Origin: Chloroflexota bacterium
GTDB lineage: Bacteria; Chloroflexota; UBA6077; FW602-bin22; CADDYW01
DNA: 33,260 bases
Direction: 5' to 3'
Assembly (NCBI GenBank): GCA_035534795.1
Contig: DATLRG010000352.1
Coordinates: 1 to 33,260 of the forward strand
The notes under the pieces are model-generated. The model ran no database searches and was not told the DNA's origin. It saw only the letters and a program-made list of their open reading frames with translations. The translations under genes and the position numbers were made by a program. Shown piece by piece: positions 30,281 through 33,260 of this stretch (its first letter is position 1; the number at the start of each line of letters is the position of its first letter).

Positions 30281-31798
30281 ATGCTGGCGAAGGTGCTCAC
30301 CTGCGGAGTCGTGGGGCTGGATGGCGCGCTCGTCGAGGTGGAGGCCGACATCGGGGTGGGCTTGCCGGGTTTCACCATCGTCGGGCTGCCCGACGTGGCG
30401 GTGCAGGAGGCGCGCGAGCGGGTGCGCGCGGCGGTCAAGAACTCCGGCTGTATCTTTCCACTGCGGCGGGTCACGGTCAACCTGGCGCCGGCCGATCTGA
30501 AGAAGGAAGGACCGGCTTACGACCTCCCGCTGGCGCTGGCGGTGGTCATGGCCTCCGATCAGGTGCCGCCCGCGGATAGCACGTCGTTGTTCCTGGGCGA
30601 GCTCTCGCTCGACGGCGACGTGCGCCACACCGCCGGCATCCTGCCGATGGTCAGTGTGGCCCGTGACAAGGGCGTCGCCACCGTCTTCGTGCCAGCGGTC
30701 GACGCTCTGGAGGCCAGTCTGGTCGAAGGGATCGCGGTGATCCCCGTACCGAACTTCGCCGCGCTGGTGGATCACCTGCGGGGCGATCGAGTCATCGCGC
30801 CGTTCGAGCCCGACCGCACGATCCTCGTCTTCGAGCCGGAGTTCGGCTCGGATTTCTCGAACGTCAAGGGCCAGGAGCACGCCAAGCGCGCGCTCGAAGT
30901 CGCCGCGGCCGGCGGCCACAACGTGCTGATGGCTGGCCCGCCCGGCTCCGGCAAGACGCTGCTGGCGCGCGCGGTCCCTTCGATTATGCCGCCGCTCAGC
31001 CCGGACGAAGCCCTCGAAGTGACCAAGGTCTATAGCGTGGCCGGGCTGCTGCCGCCCGAGACGCCGCTGATTCGCACCCGCCCGTTCCGCGCGCCTCACC
31101 ACACGATCAGCCATGCTGGGCTGGTTGGCGGCGGGCGCTGGCCGCGGCCGGGCGAGATCAGCCTGTCCCATCGCGGCGTGCTCTTCCTCGACGAGATGCC
31201 GGAGTTCGGCCAGCACATCCTGGAAGTCTTGCGACAACCTCTCGAAGACGGCGTGGTGACGATCAGCCGCGCCCAGGGAACGGTCAGCTTCCCGGCCAAA
31301 ATGGTGCTGATTGGTGCGATGAACCCCTGTCCGTGCGGCTACTACGGCGATAGCCTCCGCTCCTGCACCTGCTCGCAGCAGGCGGTCTCGCGCTATCAGG
31401 GCCGCATCTCCGGTCCGCTGCTCGACCGCATCGACATCTACCTCGACGTACCTCGGGTCGATTATGAGAAGCTAGCCGACGTGCGCACCGGGGAGCCGTC
31501 GGCGGCGATCCGGGCGCGGGTGCAGGCGGCGCGCGAGCGCCAGCGGGTGCGCTTTCGGGGGAAGAAGCTCCACGCGAACGCGGAGATGGGGCCAGCCGAG
31601 GTCCGCGACTTTTGCCGCACCGACGACTCGGCGCAGGGTCTCCTGCGGATGGCCATGCAGCAGTTGCGCCTCTCGGCGCGGGCGTACCACCGCGTCCTCA
31701 AGCTCGCCCGCACCATCGCCGATCTGGCCGGCAGCGAGACGATCGGCGCAGCGCACGTCGCCGAGGCGGTGCAGTATCGGCCGCGGGAACGGGTGTAA
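30281..31798 (+). CDS. comM: YifB/ComM-family Mg-chelatase-like AAA+ ATPase
   Basis: MLAKVLTCGVVGLDGALVEVEADIGVGLPGFTIVGLPDVAVQEARERVRAAVKNSG...VTVNLAPADLKKEGPAYDLPLALAV...GQEHAKRALEVAAAGGHNVLMAGPPGSGKTLLA...GVLFLDEMPEF...PCPCGYYGD...C.C....YQGRISGPLLDRIDI. Confidence 0.95.
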   Translation: MLAKVLTCGVVGLDGALVEVEADIGVGLPGFTIVGLPDVAVQEARERVRAAVKNSGCIFPLRRVTVNLAPADLKKEGPAYDLPLALAVVMASDQVPPADSTSLFLGELSLDGDVRHTAGILPMVSVARDKGVATVFVPAVDALEASLVEGIAVIPVPNFAALVDHLRGDRVIAPFEPDRTILVFEPEFGSDFSNVKGQEHAKRALEVAAAGGHNVLMAGPPGSGKTLLARAVPSIMPPLSPDEALEVTKVYSVAGLLPPETPLIRTRPFRAPHHTISHAGLVGGGRWPRPGEISLSHRGVLFLDEMPEFGQHILEVLRQPLEDGVVTISRAQGTVSFPAKMVLIGAMNPCPCGYYGDSLRSCTCSQQAVSRYQGRISGPLLDRIDIYLDVPRVDYEKLADVRTGEPSAAIRARVQAARERQRVRFRGKKLHANAEMGPAEVRDFCRTDDSAQGLLRMAMQQLRLSARAYHRVLKLARTIADLAGSETIGAAHVAEAVQYRPRERV

Positions 31799-31887
31799 GG
31801 TGCATCAGAGGGTGCCCCCACCGATCGTCGCAGCAAACTGCACGCGAATTTCGCTCTAGTAGTCCATCCTGTTGAATGTTGGACAAA

Positions 31888-32559
31888 TCAAGCTGCCTCT
31901 GCGGGCGGAAGTTGGGTCGATTGATTCTTCGCCAGCTTGTCTTTCAGGCGTTGATAGAACTTGATGCCCTTCCGCCAGGTGAAAGGATGGGCCTGATGCG
32001 CGTCATAGGTCGCGATGAAAGCCAGGATGTCCTGGGCGGCGGCGTCAAACTCGCTCCACTCGCTCCGTGCCAGGCACTTCTTGCTCAAGATCGCGAACCA
32101 GACCTCGATAAACGAGAGCCAGGAGCCGTGGATCGGCAGCCAATGGAATTGGAAGCGCCAGGGGCGGTAGGCAACGTAGACGGCCACTTCCGCCGAGTGA
32201 TGGAGCCGCACCGGATCGAGAATGAGATGGATCACCTGCTCCTTGGGGACCAGGTGATCGAGCAGGCGCAGCAGTTCGATGAACTCGGCCGAGCGATGCC
32301 GTGGGCGGACGATCCCATAAACGCGCCCCGTCAGGAGCGCGAACGCGGCGAGCAAATCGGCGGTGCCGTGCCGAACATACTCGAACTCCTGGCGGGCGGG
32401 CTGGTCGGGGGCGACCGACTGGCTGGGGGCCGTCGGTTCATGCACCCCGATGCCGGTCTTCTCATCGACCAGGAAGGTCGGGCCATCGGTCGGAGGATGG
32501 AGTTCTAACTCGATGATCGCCACCGCCTTCTCCACAAATTGGGGATCGCGCTCGTCCAT
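31888..32559 (-). CDS. IS630-family transposase, catalytic DDE part (orfB), in the +1 frame relative to orfA
   Basis: DERDPQFVEKAVAIIELE...FLVDEKTGIGV...EFEYVRHGTADLLAAFALLTGRV...VIHLILDPVRLHHS...WRFQFHWLPIHGSWLSFIEVWFAILSKK is DDE_3-like. The frame is open upstream through the orfA stop. Confidence 0.85.
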   Translation of the reverse strand: MDERDPQFVEKAVAIIELELHPPTDGPTFLVDEKTGIGVHEPTAPSQSVAPDQPARQEFEYVRHGTADLLAAFALLTGRVYGIVRPRHRSAEFIELLRLLDHLVPKEQVIHLILDPVRLHHSAEVAVYVAYRPWRFQFHWLPIHGSWLSFIEVWFAILSKKCLARSEWSEFDAAAQDILAFIATYDAHQAHPFTWRKGIKFYQRLKDKLAKNQSTQLPPAEAA

Positions 32560-32566
32560 CCAGGAG

Positions 32567-33031
32567 TCAAAGACGGTCCAGACGGAGCTTGGCCGCCTGG
32601 AGAATCGTGCCGATCGTGCTCTTCTTGGGCGTGCCCAACTCCAACGCGGGATGCTCCCCGATGTAGGTCGCCAGGTCGACGATCGACCAGTGGGTCTGGC
32701 CTTTCCAGCCCAGGTCGGCCGGCTTTTGGCAGGCCAGGGTGACGATCTTCGCCTGGATCGCTGCGTCGTAGAGCCGGGGCGGCGGATGGTGGGGGCGGTC
32801 GACCAAACCGTCCAGGTGCTGCGCGGCGAAACGATTCCGCCAGTGCAATACGGTATGACGCGCGATCCCCAAGCGGGTGGCGATCGCGGTATTGCTGACC
32901 CCTTCGCTCGCTTGCACGACGATCCGCGCCCGCAACGCGGCTTGCTGACTGCTCGTGCGCGCCCGAATCCGTCGGTCCAACTCCTGGCGTTCCTCCGCCG
33001 TCAGGTCGATCGCTTGGGCATGGCATCCCAT
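32567..33031 (-). CDS. IS630-family transposase, N-terminal HTH part (orfA)
   Basis: MGCHAQAIDLTAEERQELDRRIRARTSSQQAALRARIVVQASEGVSNTAIATRLGIARHTVLHWRNRFAAQHLDGLVDRP... has two HTH motifs typical of IS630/Tc1-mariner transposases. Ends at TGA 32569-32567. Confidence 0.85.
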   Translation of the reverse strand: MGCHAQAIDLTAEERQELDRRIRARTSSQQAALRARIVVQASEGVSNTAIATRLGIARHTVLHWRNRFAAQHLDGLVDRPHHPPPRLYDAAIQAKIVTLACQKPADLGWKGQTHWSIVDLATYIGEHPALELGTPKKSTIGTILQAAKLRLDRL

Positions 33032-33260
33032 GGTGTCCGCTCCTTGAACGAGAGACCTCTCCCGTTGAAGCAAGCATACGCCCAACTCTCATTCCGGTCA
33101 AACCTCAAGCGGATGGACTACTAGCCGATGGACAATCCGGCGGTCGGGATGCTTCGGGTCCGGGGCATCGTAGCGGATCACGCGCACCAGGAGCGGCTCC
33201 AGCCCGGATCCCTTGCGCCGCAGCGATTTGGTGTTGCTGGGGGACATCTGGGCCAGATAG

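Larger units (their letters stand above)
31859..33121 (-). mobile_element. IS630-family insertion sequence (1263 bp) with TA duplication at a CTAG target
   Basis: Terminal inverted repeats GTAGTCCATCC (31859-31869) and GGATGGACTAC (33111-33121), with further partial identity inward. Flanked by TA (31857-31858) and TA (33122-33123), so the flanks reconstruct C-TA-G. Encodes HTH and DDE-type transposase ORFs. Confidence 0.85.

Noticed and set aside
1-33260. A search for CRISPR arrays, rRNA/tRNA genes, prophage or defence-system gene sets (restriction-modification, toxin-antitoxin, CBASS, retrons and similar).
   Set aside because: I saw no regularly spaced direct repeats and no structural-RNA signatures. 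No nuclease, methylase, reverse-transcriptase or cyclase-type ORFs stood out. The accessory-looking content is limited to the IS630 element and the gene remnants. A hidden system cannot be excluded without profile searches, but I cannot support one from the sequence.

Overview
This is a high-GC (roughly two-thirds G+C) bacterial chromosomal window. Long antisense ORFs are artefacts of the GC content. Tethered lipoproteins with Pro/Ala/Thr linkers, F420 genes and apparently leaderless promoters suggest a Chloroflexota/Thermomicrobia-like or actinobacterial lineage, but that cannot be settled without a database search.

Content in order:
- The tail of a Zn/Mn-type metal ABC importer (ATPase plus a truncated ZnuA-like binding protein).
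- An Amidase_3 cell-wall amidase and two hypothetical membrane proteins.
- A TlpA-like thioredoxin, a 4Fe-4S fragment, and a CopC-domain membrane protein interrupted by one in-frame TGA.
- An IclR-HTH/PPOX-like fusion regulator, followed by a mini-nitroreductase remnant, cofD, cofC and a DMT transporter.
- A receiver-domain remnant.
- A cobalamin riboswitch driving a B12 salvage and nucleotide-loop operon: btuF-like lipoprotein, cobT, cobS, cbiB, cobD, cobC, cobU and a signal-less BtuF-like protein. Stubs of a second btuF-like gene, cobQ and cbiA sit between these genes.
- Two frameshifted small redox-protein genes.
- A minus-strand Pho block (phoP-phoR-pstC-pstA-pstB-phoU-pstS) with repeated, phased GTTAAC-type Pho-box arrays.
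- rlmN, an enolase-superfamily enzyme, a GNAT fragment, a small Gly-rich secreted protein and comM/yifB.
- An intact-ended IS630-family element inserted at CTAG, whose two transposase ORFs meet at a prfB-like CTT TGA C site.

I found no rRNA, tRNA, CRISPR array or recognisable defence system. The most interesting items are the HTH-PPOX fusion beside the F420 genes, the conserved Pho-box/-10 architecture, the translationally coupled gene stubs in the cob operon, the in-frame stop in the CopC protein, and the possible +1 recoding site in the IS630 transposase.
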